A stretch of 63,621 nt of DNA, counting the filler, from Neoconidiobolus thromboides FSU 785 (taxonomy: Eukaryota; Fungi; Entomophthoromycota), in NCBI GenBank assembly GCA_025603075.1. It is 7 parts of 7 records of this genome, joined end to end, with 100 filler letters (N's around TTAATTAATTAA, not from the genome) between each part and the next. Parts side by side here need not be neighbours in the genome. Positions count along the whole stretch, not along the records: positions 21,090 to 28,424 come from MU626705.1; positions 28,525 to 59,012 come from MU626484.1; 5 more parts are not named here. One strand, given 5' to 3'. The notes beneath the pieces were generated by a model, which worked only from the letters and a program-made list of their open reading frames with translations, made no database searches and was not told where the DNA came from. Numbering within the stretch: the first letter of the stretch is position 1; each line of letters begins with the position of its first letter. Shown piece after piece: positions 25,205-38,296 of the stretch. Position numbers and translations under genes: made by a program.

Positions 25205-25364
25205 AATTTTTTTCCTTATTTCTTTGATATAAAATCTAAAAATTATCTTTTTGATAATAATCAAGTTTTGATTTTACCAATAAACTTCAAATACCAAGAA
25301 ATTGATGACACATAAGCTTTTAGGTTTATAAATTTATATAAATTTTTTAGATTAAACTCGTTAT

Positions 25365-25448
25365 GGCAACCTGGCCGAGTGGTCCAAGGCGTTGCGTTCA
25401 GGTCGCAATCTACATTCGTAGGCGCAGGTTCGAACCCTGCGGTTGTCA
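25365..25448 (+). tRNA. tRNA-Leu(CAG)
   Basis: GGCAACC/GGTTGTC acceptor, TGGCCGAGTGG A box, TTGCG-TT-CAG-GT-CGCAA anticodon arm, long variable arm, GGTTCGAACC. Confidence 0.95.
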
Positions 25449-25871
25449 ATTTTTTATCTTTGAGAATTGGTTTTGGAACATCTATTTATAATACTATTCC
25501 TGAATGATTCTTATAATATTGCTTTTAATAAATAGATCCTTTTATGTATAAATAGCTCTTATTTTAAAATAATTTTACAAAGTACACACATTATTAATAT
25601 TATTATAGTCCCACTAGATAAAAAGAAAATGGTTAAAAATCAAAAATTATTTTATTTGATATTAATTATTTAGGTAATATCTGATAAAAAATAAATCAAA
25701 CTTGATAAAATTAAACAGGATTATTTACTGATTTAAAAAGACGACATATAGCTAAGGAAGCAATAAAATAAGCAAGGTGAATCAATTGAGGTAATTAGTT
25801 AGATATTAAGGTAGTAATCATTGGTAATTTTTTTTTTGAAATATTCTTTTAAAACAGCTTACGCTGTGAAC

Positions 25872-26589
25872 TTAAAGAATAGTACATTTCTTTTTACTTT
25901 TCATCTTCTTTTTGTTTTTATCATTTCCACTGCTATCCCTTTTCTTTTGACAAATTAATCGAAGAATTTGATCATATACTTCATCTACATTAACTCGAGT
26001 TTTACTACTGGTTTCAAAGTATTCACATCCCCAATCTGAAGCTTTGGCCTCTGCTTCTTCTCTTGTTACTGTACGTGAGTCAACTAAATCACTTTTATTA
26101 CCAACCAAGATGATCGGGACCTGTTCTATTTAATCATTTATTAAAATGAATAAAACTACTTATTTACCTTTGGATCTTCTGATACTCTCAATATTTGATC
26201 TCTAAATTCATCTGTATGTTGGAACGACTCATACTCAACTAATGAAAATAAGCATAAAAACCCTTCTCCACTGCGATAATAATTATCTCTTATCTATTAA
26301 TAAAGATAAAAGTATAAAATAGAATAAAACCTAAAATGCAAATAAAATATAAAATAAAACTTACTGCTGCGTACTCTTCTTGGCCTGCGGTATCAAGGAT
26401 ATCAATTTGACAATCTTTACCATCAAGGGTAATTTTCTTACGATAAGAGTCTGCTTTCGTTGGGTCATACTCTTCAACAAAATCAGAATACATATACTGT
26501 AATGTTAGTGCTGACTTTCCTACACCCCCTGAGCCCACCATAATCACCTTATGTATTGGTACGTTTTGTTTTCCCTTTTTTGAAGACAT
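25872..26589 (-). CDS. RAL: Ral-type small GTPase, 3 exons
   Basis: [71 protein letters not shown], polybasic tail and CTIL CAAX. Confidence 0.92.
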
Positions 26590-27987
26590 AAGGCTAAATT
26601 TGATTTAAATAAAACTTGATATTATTTATAATCAAAAATTACCTTATAAATAATAATTGAGATATAAATAATTATAATTAAAGAGGGGGAATTATTTAAA
26701 AATATTTCAGTTTTAAAAAAGTTGTTTTAAATAAAACGCTTGGGATTTTTCAAGATTTAAAAATAGTAGTCGCCTTTTTAGAAAATGATCCTGTATGATT
26801 GTATTGAATCTGTAAATTGAATCTAAATAGCCAAATCTGCGCTAATTAATTGGTAAATTATCTAAGATAGCTAATCAAAACACTTTAATCTCAATTTTTA
26901 AGAGGTGATACTAATTCCAGTGCAATCTTTTTGATTGGCTATTTAAATACAACATGTGATAGTTATTATGATTTCGGCTATCAATATTTAAATTTTAGTT
27001 ACATCATGTTTAAACTTAACCAAACAGTTCCTATTGATAGAGGGCTATCCAAGAATCTTCCTAATTTAAGATAAATCAATTAAAAATGATCAATGTGAAG
27101 GAAGTCCTTTATTTAAAATTTAATCGTAGAACGAAAGGTATAAAAGGGCCACCTGTTTATGTTTTAAAATAACTGTACATTAATAAAAGTTCTCACACTT
27201 AGCACTATTTCTATTAGCAAGTAAAAACTTCACGGGCTTCAAAAAAGTTCTATTTAATGGCTTTAGGGTCATTGTTGCGATCAGAATTTTATCAGGCAAG
27301 CATGATGAGTATATTACATTATATGTTATGCGTCTACCTTGATAACCTTTCGTGTTCACTTCAAGCTTTTATATTTGCATACCTAAATAATAATATTGGT
27401 TTTTTTAAGTATATTTATTAGTATTAAACTTGTATTAGCTTGTAAAATATACTAATAGAACAAACTATTACATATCAAACTTAAATAGTCAGGTATAGAT
27501 GTAGTTATATCCCATTACAAATACAAAAAAATACATAAGTTTAAGCTATACTGTCATTTCATTAATTTTAAAATTTTATTAAATACATTAAATAAATACT
27601 TCAGAATATTATAGATAACCATACATCTTGTTCCATTATTTCTACATTAAAGAGCATAAACTCTTAAGCGTATTTATGAAATATTTATAGGAAAGAGTCC
27701 ATCAGTATGGAAAGATGAATAGGAAGAGTTAGTCATGCTTTTTTCAATCTTTTATATTACATCCAATCTAATCTTAAAAATCTAATTTAGTAAAATTATA
27801 CAATACTGAGGCTTTTATAAAAAACAAACTCATCAATTAAATTGAACTCTTATTCACCTTACTAAAAAGTGATCAATGTTTAAGTGACAAGCTAAAATAT
27901 ACTGAAGCATTTGGAAGTTTCTAAAAGAAAATTAAGATTTCTCAATAAAGTAGATTTTAAAAATCGATTATTTGAACAATAACAATA

Positions 27988-28095
27988 ATATGGGGGTGTC
28001 TTTTTTTGACTTCATTATTTTTTCCATTTTTTAAGCACTATTTAAGCGGAAAAATTGTTAGTAAAATTCTTGAACACAAAAATACATCCCCATCA
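27988..28095 (-). mobile_element. ~105-bp MITE copy
   Basis: Near-consensus copy. Confidence 0.85.
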
Positions 28096-28184
28096 TTAGT
28101 CAATTCAACTTAAAAAATTAAATAAAACATCACATTGGTATTTACTTTTATATAGTATAAAAAATAGTCAAAATATTAATGAGA

Positions 28185-28291
28185 ATATGGGAGTGTTTTT
28201 TTTGGCTTCGTTGCTTTTTTCATTTTTTAAGCGCTATTTAAGTGGAAAATTTATTACCAAATTTCTTAAACACAAAAATACATCCCCATAT
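28185..28291 (-). mobile_element. ~105-bp MITE copy
   Basis: Consensus match with intact termini. Confidence 0.85.
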
Positions 28292-28322
28292 GTATTTTTT
28301 CATATTTTTTTATCATTACTTT

Positions 28323-28424
28323 TGTGAAATCTGGTACTCAGGGTTTGGAGTCAAGAACAGCTATTGCTGGGTTGACTACACTATAAGTCGAAAGGTCTTA
28401 GTTTATGTGACTAAGATAGACTTG
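28323..28424 (+). mobile_element. 5' part of LTR-like element, truncated by gap
   Basis: 102 bp identical to 36478-36579, starting TGTGAAAT. Confidence 0.8.
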
Positions 28425-28524
28425 NNNNNNNNNNNNNNNNNNNNNNNNNNNNNNNNNNNNNNNNNNNNTTAATTAATTAANNNNNNNNNNNNNNNNNNNN
28501 NNNNNNNNNNNNNNNNNNNNNNNN
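28425..28524. other. Assembly linker gap
   Basis: 44N-TTAATTAATTAA-44N. Confidence 0.97.
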
Positions 28525-29208
28525 AAAAAATGGAATCTAATAGAGTGAAGATTAAAAACAAAATAAACTTGACTATTAAAATAGCTTACAATATCTTTTT
28601 CTTGTTTAGTAGGAGCTAATAAAATAGGATGCTTTAAATTTTTGAAGTTTTGTTCTGTTAATATAGGAGGATGAGCAGCAATACCAGCTACAAATTGATT
28701 ACTATTCAATGCATCAAATAGCATTAATCCACCCCAACAGAATCCGATCAAAGCATATTGATTATTAGGAGTAGATTTGTTAAAGTGATTGATTAATAAA
28801 GTTAAGTCTTTTGATACTCTATTCTCATAGCCATCCTCTACAGTTGCCCAATCAATCATTTCTTGCATACTAAAATCAATGTTAGTATAAACATATTAGA
28901 TAAATCAATAAGTAATAATATAATTACTATGTAACTGGCAATTCGTGTGGAGGCCATGGCTTTCCACGAAAGAAATCTGGAACAATGATTTGATATCCAG
29001 TTAATTTACATAAAATATCAGAGAACTGAAAGTTGTTGGTATGATAACCTAGGATATCATAAAGCAATATAACCTTTTTATCACTATTTCCAATAGTATA
29101 ATAATCTAAATCATCTACTTTAGAAAAGGAACCCTGAATCTGATAATCTCCTGGGTTGACTATAACAGCTGGAGTGGAGCAACACTCTTTGGTAATTGTT
29201 GGCCTTGT
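28525..29208 (-). CDS. Dienelactone hydrolase family (AIM2-like) gene; no in-frame ATG found and 3' end lost in gap, possible pseudogene
   Basis: KECCSTP...ILLYDILG...IIVPDFFRGKPW, then GFCWGG nucleophile motif and GIAAHP. Paralogous to 44401-45231. Confidence 0.75.
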
Positions 29209-29256
29209 TTTTTATGTTCGTCTTTTTTGAAATCTATGTTTTGATGATAGGTGTTT

Positions 29257-29363
29257 ATATGAGGATGTATTTTTATATTTAAGAATTTTACCAACAATTT
29301 TCTCACTCAAACAGCGCTCAAAAGACAGAAAAAGTAATGAAGCCAAAAAAAACATCCCCATAT
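29257..29363 (+). mobile_element. ~105-bp MITE copy
   Basis: Consensus match, ~50 bp upstream of the hydrolase coding sequence. Confidence 0.85.
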
Positions 29364-30560
29364 ACTGTTTTTTTATTGGACTTGTATTTTAAATGACACA
29401 TACAAAAGACAAAAATTAAAGCTAAGTCTTGAAAATTTAAGTAGGGGCGTGTATATTGTAAATCAATTACACTATCCGCAAGGATTGTTCCGACCGAAAC
29501 TAATTTTTTTATATTCCACTATAACCTTTTAAATGATAGATAATAACACCAAAACTTTTGTTTGTTAAAGTTCGAAATGATATGCTAAAAATTTCGTATT
29601 TACTATGAAAATTGTTAACTATTATTCAAGATTAGGTTGATAACTCAAATGAGTTTTTTGTTTTGAAGCCCTTGGCTTTGAAGTCAGAAAACAATCTGGA
29701 AATCATTGCAAAAACTACAATCAGTAACACATTTAATAGCTAATAACTTGTATTTTTATATTGCTATCTTTCAATTTTTATCGTAAGATATTTACATATT
29801 TTGTTCTTATTTTATACTTAGTTAATTTAGTCAACTTAATTTGGTATAAAAAAATCAATGAGTTAACGATTAAAACATGTTTTACTATTTTAACCTTATA
29901 GCTACAATCCAACATCATTAATCCTTTGATTGTTTTATTATGATACTACAGATATTATAAACCCAATTTCTTTCTAAAGACGTTTTTAAGATATCTCAAG
30001 TGTTATTAAATAAAAAAATAAAGCTCTGTTAGATAAATCATGCATTATGCCTTTAGCATTTTAGCTTTTATATTTATCATTAGACATCTTTTCAATATCC
30101 AATAAAACGAGATTTATAAATAGTATATGCTTTTTAATTTTTAGTAAACATACATAACATATAAGATGAAATATGATATTTCAAAGAATAAAAAAACTCT
30201 AAGGAACGTCCATAAGAAAATAGGTTTTGATAACACATAGAGGAAATTTAATGGAGTTGATACAACCTACTTTTTTAGAGGACCTGTTGGTAATAACAAA
30301 GGCATGCTTATATACTCTTTTAATATAATTAACCGTTCTAAGAAAAGAACTGGAATAGGCGGAGGAGCTTGAATTGTTTAAAATTTGAGTAAAATTTCTA
30401 TGTAGGGTTCATATTAACATTTTTTTTTAATATTCTGACTCTTTAATTATTATTCTTGCTACTAATATTATAGTATTTAAACGGATCTGATTTGTTTTTA
30501 ATGAATATAGTCCATCTGATTCCTATCGTAAATTTTTCAAAACAGCAATGAATAATTAAT

Positions 30561-30667
30561 ATATGGGAGTGTTTTTTTTGACTTCATCATTTTTTCCATT
30601 TTTTAAGCACTATTTAAGCGGAAAATTCGTTAGTAAAATTCTTAAACACAAAAATACATCCCCATAT
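30561..30667 (-). mobile_element. ~105-bp MITE copy
   Basis: Near-consensus copy. Confidence 0.85.
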
Positions 30668-31059
30668 GATTTTAGCTAATTTATGGTATTTATCATTGAC
30701 CACCTGATTGTTTTTTAAATCAATTCTCTTTATGCTTATAGAACTATTAGCCCTTTTTTCCTTTATAACTTTTATTAAAATTTATTATGTTTAATATAAT
30801 ATGTTACAGAAAAATTGAACTTTATTAAATAAAACACCTGTTTAATCACATTCCTAGAATTATACTTTTCGTTGTTTATAATAGCCAAAATTAATGTTAG
30901 AAGGTATAAAGCAAGGATATACGACAGATGTTTTTAGTTACTGATTAAATGCCTAATGAATTGGACTTAGCATATAAACATAAATTAGAAGGGTTTAATT
31001 AGGCAAATTAAGTTTTAAGTTTAAATTGAAAATCGACTTAATCATATAAAAAGAACTAA

Positions 31060-31709
31060 TATAGAATATTACAAAGTTTGCTTCTTTGCCTTTAAAATGG
31101 TAGAATCCCATAATTTTTATAGTTCAAAAGGACTGTGAATGTCTTACCCCATTCAGCTTTTTTAGAGTAAATTAGAATCGGATCCCACCCAGGTTATAAA
31201 TTTCAGTAAAAAATCCATAGCTTTAAAGTCTTCGGAGATCGCCGCGATCTTCTTGAAGAAAAGTATCCAGAAAACACGTTGTTTCCAAATGGTCACACTC
31301 TTGAGGATTCTTTACTTAAAAAAGAAAACTGCTTGGATACCTTAATTTATTTGGTCATACATAAGCGTTATGACCCATTATATCTCAAAGATCAAAATCG
31401 TTTCTATGAAGAGAAAGAAGTAAACTTCATAAAAGTTTTATAAAAGCCTGGTATTAAAAAAAATTTCAATGTAAGATTGAAGTGCTCTCCTCAGTGTTTT
31501 ATAAAATTTTAGCTAGTAATAAGCTTATTGAAGGTGATAAATTAAATTATTTGAATTATATTCTTTATGAATATTTGAGATTTGTCCGACTTATTTCGGT
31601 TTCTACCTTTAGTGATGTTGTAACCAACCATGGAGATGCTGTTTTGGAAATTTATTTTTGTTCGACTGATTACCTTTATGACTGCTTTGCCATGCCTTTT
31701 CTACTTTAG
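31060..31709 (+). pseudogene. Decayed glutathione S-transferase paralog
   Basis: LEEKYPENTLFPNG and LIEGDKLNYLNYILYEYL...STFSDVVTNHGDAVLEIYF align to 32951-33735. The 5' start is unclear and the frame is interrupted. Confidence 0.65.
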
Positions 31710-31801
31710 CTATACAAAACAGAGTCAATATTTTTATAAGAGATAAAGTTATTGCAACATTTAATAACCAGTAATTGATGTTTGCATTTAAGGTATTTCA
31801 A

Positions 31802-31911
31802 ATATAGGAGGATATATTTTTTATTTAAGAACTTTACCAACGATCTTTCCGCTTAGACACTCCTTAAAAAAATGGAAAGAATGATGAAATCAAAAAAACA
31901 TTGCCCCATAT
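31802..31911 (+). mobile_element. Diverged MITE copy
   Basis: Consensus match with more mismatches, ends CCCCATAT. Confidence 0.7.
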
Positions 31912-32950
31912 AAAGATCTAAATTTTAAATGCTTACTATAATTTTAAAATATTTATTCAAACTAATTTAATACAAAAACATTGATCAGATGGTCAAAGAT
32001 TATAAGTGTGTTCTATTGTTTTGTAGCTATAATTATAAATCGATTCTTTTTAGTTTTGATTATAAAAGTGTCGTTGATACTATTACTTCGATTACCCCCT
32101 CCTTATCATCTAAGTTCCTTGATAAGTGTTATCAATAGAAGTAAGCTCATGGTTTTTTACGGCACTAAATATATGTTAAACTATTATTTATCTCTTTAAT
32201 GAAATCATTATAATTGATTATCTTTAATGCCTATAGCTATCATCCTTATGAGTAAATTACAGGTTTTAAAAATGATTTCTTTATGAATTTTTATCTACAA
32301 TTTAGCTCTTCTTACTAGCACTTATAAGTTAAGTTGTTACTTTAATAAATTATACTAATATTATAGGATAACTTATACAATTACCAATAATTTATTGAGT
32401 TTGGAACCCATATACTGTTATATAAGAGATTAGATTAACAAAGTTTCTACTGTTCCACCCAAGAACAGTATGAGTCATTATCTTTCCTGCCAATTTTTAC
32501 AAAATATCTCCTTTTATAGTTAAAAGAACCGATCCAAAAAAGCAATCGAGAAGCTTGAAAAGCTTAAAATAATAGCTTGTATATAATAAAAATTTAGGTT
32601 AGAGCTAACATTAGGGAGGTTATTATTAAGGTAGGGTTTTATTTTCAATTAGTCAAAATAGGTTAATAAGCTTATATCTACCTATTACCTATTTATTGCC
32701 CATTTATTACCTATCTATTACCTAAAAACTAATTCTTCACTAAAACAAACAAAATTTTTCAAAATGATCCCTACTGTTTTCAACTAGTACCTTTTCTAAT
32801 TGTACGCTTAGCAAAGGGCAAGGTTTATTACCATATACTGAGTAATTTTATTTAGCAAACCATATGTTAAACAATAAAGTTAGAATTTTATTTAATAGTG
32901 TATAAATAATATAACCAAATATTACAACTTTACTTTTTTATTTAATAAAA

Positions 32951-33735
32951 ATGTATAAGTTTGATGACTTTGTGAAAAAAAGAAGAGGGAGTCTATTCAC
33001 TGCATTTACATGGAGAACGATATTAGCTATGAAGCATAAAGTAGTTATTTATACCCCGGATGTAGTTTATTAATTTACTGATTCATTTATTCTAGGATAT
33101 TGACCTTAGTTCGGAACAATTTGTTCTTCTTGAAGATGCCAACCATAAGTTAAATCGGGAGTATTTTATTCAAGTTATATATTTATATATTTAACTGCTA
33201 AAAAAGCAATTTAGAGTGGGATACTGTACAGGCAATATATTTTGATAGTAAATCTGTAATTTGCAAGTCTTTTAAGGTTGCAGAGTACCTTGAAGAAAAA
33301 TTCCCTCAAAACCCATTATTTCCAAATGGTCGCGAGTATGCTAAAATGTTAGCACAAGACCATTTCTATTTCCATTTGGTTAATTTAGTCACAATAGACC
33401 TTTATAATTCATTGGACATTAAATTTAAAGGCTATGATAGTACAAATACTAAAGAAAACACTCAAAATGAGATTGATAATAGAAAAGATCTTCTCACCAA
33501 GACAGAAGAATCCTTCTCAAAGTTCCGTATGGCATTGTCTAAAACGAGATTTTTAGAGGGTGATAAGCTAAGTTACTCAGACTACATCGTCTTTAGTTAC
33601 CTTAAATATGCCCAAATGGGCTCACTTTCTACTTTTAACTACATAGTAACTGACCATCGGGATCCTATTTTAAAGAGCTGGTTTAACTATATTGACAATC
33701 TTAATGATGGATTTCCTGCTTCTTTTAAACCTTAG
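32951..33735 (+). CDS. Glutathione S-transferase (fungal GST_N_3 / LigE-etherase-like), most intact of three tandem paralogs
   Basis: FTAFTWRTILAMKHK, WDTVQAI...SFKVAEYLEEKFPQNPLFP and RFLEGDKLSYSDYIVFSYL. The second splice junction could not be resolved canonically by eye. Confidence 0.72.
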
Positions 33736-34416
33736 TCTCATGAAATAAAGTTGGTATAGTGGCAAGAATTAGAGGCACTATTAATTTCAATATTTGACAG
33801 CGATAAGTTTTAATTTAGTAAATTGTTACTTTATTTTTGTAATTGTAATTATTGAATTTTTTTAGTTTTGATTATAAAACCATCACCAATATTGCTATTT
33901 AGCTTTAAGCACCATTGTTATCTAAGTTGTTTAAGTAGTTTTATTCAAAAAAAGAAATATTATAGCCTTTTCCTATGTTAATTATCGGCTATGCTTAGCT
34001 CTTTAATTAAAGTCCCTTCGTTCAACTATCTTTAAATTATATAGAGATCAAATGTATTGTACAAACCGTACTTTCACATATTATCTTTTAATTGTTGAGC
34101 TTTGGTCTATAGCTAAAGTTCTACTTAAATTTTGATTATTTATTGATTAGTTTAATCATCTCTATCAGTGTTTATATTGTGCTTTATATACTTCACTAGT
34201 ATATTAAGTAAAGAAATCTACATATTCTTAGATGGGAGTTAAAAAAAACAATTTTCGCCGTGTATACTTGTGTCTCTTAGCAAAGCGTGAAAGTCGTTTT
34301 TATGTAGTTAGTAATTTCATTTGACAAATTATATACACAATAGTTGGATTGGTGAGCTTGCTTGGTATCATATGAATAGCAGACATCAGTTGTAATATTT
34401 CTTTTCTAACTTGATT

Positions 34417-35195
34417 ATGATCGAAATTCGTGAATTTATAACTCAAAAAGACTGTACTTTATTCCATTTACTTAGAGGATTTTATTAGCTATAAAGTATA
34501 AGGTAAGTCGTCAACTATATTCTAACTACTGGTTAGTTATTTTTTGGGGGCATAAATTGATCAGAATTTTGTATTTATTGAGGATCATAAAAATCCCTAA
34601 AGCATAAAGTAACTTTAGTTAACTTTTATTAATTTGTCTTTAACTATTATTAACTCTCTTTTTTAAGGATAACATGTAAATTATCAAATTTAATGGAGAG
34701 GCTATAGTTAAAGAATCTATAGAGTTTCATGACTATCTTGGCGGGAGATATCCTCGGAACTCATTATTTCTAAATGGTTAAAGTTTAATAAATTATTTAT
34801 TGGAAAATGCTCCCACCTTTTCTCGATCAACTAGTTTAGGAGCTAATGAGCTTATAAACAATCACGATAAGGATTGAGTTAGAGATCAATGAACCAGTAT
34901 CAGATCAAATTTTGTTAGACGTTTAGAACAGTTGGTCCTTCTTAGAAGCCATATTTTAAGCAATATTGAAACATTTTTCCTATCATTTCGTGAAACATTA
35001 GTTCAAATTAAGTTTTTAGGGAGCGACAATGTAACGTATGTGGATCACGTACTTTTAGACACCTTAAAGCTTTTCAAGAATTTTCAGTTACTACTTTTGA
35101 TACTATCGTTATAAACTATCAAAATCCTTTTTTTAAAACCAGTTTAATACAATTGATAATCTCTATGATCAGTTTGCTACTTCTTTAGACCTTAG
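34417..35195 (+). pseudogene. Decayed glutathione S-transferase paralog
   Basis: MIEIREF...FIPFT*RILLAIKYK (Trp TGG to TAG), DYLGGRYPRNSLFLNG*, FLGSDNVTYVDHV and NTIDNLYDQFATS, with frameshifts. Confidence 0.75.
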
Positions 35196-35669
35196 CTTTA
35201 TAAATTGAAATTAGAATTGTTATAAGAGTTAGATTTACTATTAATTAACTTCTTATTAAGTTTAATACTGTATGCACACTAAAACTAAAAACTTTAAAAT
35301 TTTAAGATCACTGATCAAAATAAAAAGTAAATAAAGAAATAGCTGAATACAAAATATTAACAGTTTTCAATTTTTGAATAGTGAATTACTTAGTTTATAA
35401 AAAACCGTACTGATTGTTTCAACTACATCTATACTTATCGAAATATTGAGACAATTGGGTTATTTAAATTGAATGAGCCATTAGATAAAACAAATAACAT
35501 TAGACAAACCTTTGACCCCAGTTAAGTAAATGTTAGAAAGTATAATAAGATAGTATAACCTTTTAAGTAGATCTAGATCAAACATTGTATTTATCAACTT
35601 GTAAAATACTGCCATTGAATTAACCATATACATAAGTTAACAAGTTTGAAGAATAAACTATTGATTAGC

Positions 35670-35776
35670 ATATGGGGATGTTTTTTTTGGTTTCATTACT
35701 TTTTCCATTTTTTAAGCGCTATTTGAGCAGAAAGATTGTTAGTAAAGTTCTTAGACAAAAAAATACATCCCCATAT
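35670..35776 (-). mobile_element. ~105-bp MITE copy
   Basis: Consensus match with intact termini. Confidence 0.85.
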
Positions 35777-36333
35777 ACTGATGATGATATTAGTTATACT
35801 CCAACCCAACAAAGTTAACTTTATGAACAAAGCATTTATCGAACTTAAAGTAATTTAAGAGAATTTTGATATTGAACTCAAGGTTGCTTTGACAAGCCAC
35901 TTTAGTTCAACAGCATGATGTTCAAGGTTAGTTTCCAACTCATAGTTAACAATAAAATTTATTTAAACATGACTAAATGTTTGATCGTAACATTAAGTTT
36001 GTAATTAAAGTATTAGATGATAGATATTATAAACTATTCGAAATACAAATTAAAAGATAATTGAATAAAAAAGAGTTTGTTTAAAAAGAGTTTATTTAAA
36101 AAGGAGATAGAAGAAGAAGAAAACCTCCTAAATATACTTAATCAGTTAAGTATATTTAAATAGAGGAGTATGACTTAACTTAGCAATTAAACACATTAGC
36201 CAAAGGTATAATAGGTAAATGAGATTACTGGAGAGACGTTCCCTGAAGCTTAATACCATCACAAATAGATATCAAATTAGGTTTTATTGTATAGACCATA
36301 CCTAAAAATTTGTGAGCCTAAATAGGAATCAAC

Positions 36334-36439
36334 GTATGGGGATGTTTTTTTAGTTTAACTACTTTTTCCACTTTTTAAGCACTAATTAAATGGAAAGGCT
36401 ATTGATAAAATTATTAAACACAAAAACTCATCTCCATAT
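36334..36439 (-). mobile_element. Diverged MITE copy
   Basis: Consensus match. Confidence 0.75.
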
Positions 36440-36477
36440 TTATTCTGAAAGATTGAGAAGCTACTAGATGATTTAGT

Positions 36478-36941
36478 TGTGAAATCTGGTACTCAGGGTT
36501 TGGAGTCAAGAACAGCTATTGCTGGGTTGACTACACTATAAGTCGAAAGGTCTTAGTTTATGTGACTAAGATAGACTTGGGCTATGAGGAATAGCACGTA
36601 ATAGGTTACAAGCTATATAAGACAAATATAATAGACAATATTAATGTAAAACCCATGTAAAATACTATTAAGAAAACTTAGTGGCTTTATCAAATGTTCG
36701 AGATATCAGGGAATAATTCAGTTAAAAAGCCTCGAACTACTATACTCTGTAAACTCTTTTGTACTCTGAAAAGTATAAATATCAAAATGAGAGGATAATA
36801 TTCTTTTGGATTGAGCTAGAAATTCTCATAACAAATCAAAATAAGAACATGGGATTGATTTCCTCTGAGCTCGAGAACACAACAGCTTAGGCGATTTTTA
36901 TGTTATAATTAACCATGGGACTGACAAAGCGATATTTCACA
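36478..36941 (+). mobile_element. 464-bp solo-LTR-like element
   Basis: TGTGAAAT...ATTTCACA (TG..CA, 8-bp terminal inverted repeat); colinear with 38297-38760; no ORF. Confidence 0.75.
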
Positions 36942-38074
36942 TAATCAAATTTTGCAACCAACCTTGTCAATTAAAGAAACATATTCTTATACACAAAAAT
37001 AATGAAAGAGGTTTTAAGAAAAATTATTGTTTATATACTTTTCCTCCTAAAGTTTATTTTTTGATAATGATGAAAACGCTTCCTATATGATTTAATTGCT
37101 TCTCCCTACCTCAAGTTTTATCTCAATAGAATGGAATATGAAATAGAAATCGAAAAATGGCCAATGTTATATTATTTTATTTTTATTGTAGTCTAATCCT
37201 GAACTGATTTAAGCATACTGTTTTATTTTGGTTTCAAATCAATTCAAATTTAGAAAATCTATTTGTTGGACTACCTAATAAAAAATAGGAAACTTTTAAA
37301 AAGCAAAGGGTTACTTATTTTAAAATTAATGTATTTTTGAACTTTAATCAATAAAGAGTTAAACTATAAAAAACAAAAACTATATTTTAAATATCTTAAA
37401 TAGAATAATGCTATTTGTGTAAATTAGCTTAAATAAAAAAGCCTTGAAGCTAATTTAAAATTTTAATAATTTTTTTACAGATTGTATAATAATTACATAT
37501 TATTTTTATGAATTAAAGTTTACTTTAGCTATATAGCTTAAAATATGTATCTGTCAGCTTTATTTAAGATTGTAATACTATATAAACAGTTGCTTTTACT
37601 TAAAGTATAATGTTTTGCTATACAATTTGAAGTTAAACTTTTTTTATATCCTTAACTTTTTTATTTTTTTAACTGTACCAAATAATACTTTAGCATAAAT
37701 ATTTACTTTTCTTACTTTGATACTATTATTAATGTAATTTTATACTTTATTAAATAACTTTTTTTATATTTTGCATATTTTAATAAGTTATCATAAATTT
37801 TTTTAATTTCCAACTTGCTAGAACTAATATAGATAACTAAAACCCAAGGACTAAATTTTGTTTTTTGGCTTTACTTTTATTATTAAGTATTTCTTTTACT
37901 AATTATTTAATTTTTGTTTAATTTAGTTTAAAATGTTTAAAATATAGTTTTTATTTTTTATAATTAATTAGAAGCCCAAGAAAATACTAGCTATCAAAAA
38001 TAAATTTAAAGATAAACAGTATTTAAATTTGTATAAAAAATCAAAAAGTTTGAAACAATTAGTAAAAAAACTAC

Positions 38075-38181
38075 ATATGGGGATGTATTTTTGTATTTAA
38101 GAATCTTACTGGCAAATTTTCCACTTAAATAGCACTTAAAAATTGGAAAAAATAATGAAGTCAAAAAAGACACTCTAATAT
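38075..38181 (+). mobile_element. MITE copy, abutting an inverted partner through a shared ATAT
   Basis: Consensus match. Confidence 0.85.
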
Positions 38182-38284
38182 GGAGATGATTTTTTTGATT
38201 TCATTACTTTTTCCACCTTTTAAGCGCTATTTAGGCGGAAAATTTGTTAGTAAAATTCTTAAACACAAAAATACATCCCCATAT
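38178..38284 (-). mobile_element. MITE copy
   Basis: Consensus match. Confidence 0.85.
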
Positions 38285-38296
38285 TTTAACTATAGC

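Noticed and set aside
25261-25449. 62-aa ORF MTTAGFEPAPT
   Set aside because: Antisense reading of the tRNA-Leu gene
27300-27365. ATGATGA as a C/D snoRNA C box
   Set aside because: No matching CTGA D box or terminal stem found
28242-28472. Short ORFs at 28242, 38180, 39235 and 62736
   Set aside because: Chance frames running through MITE or LTR sequence
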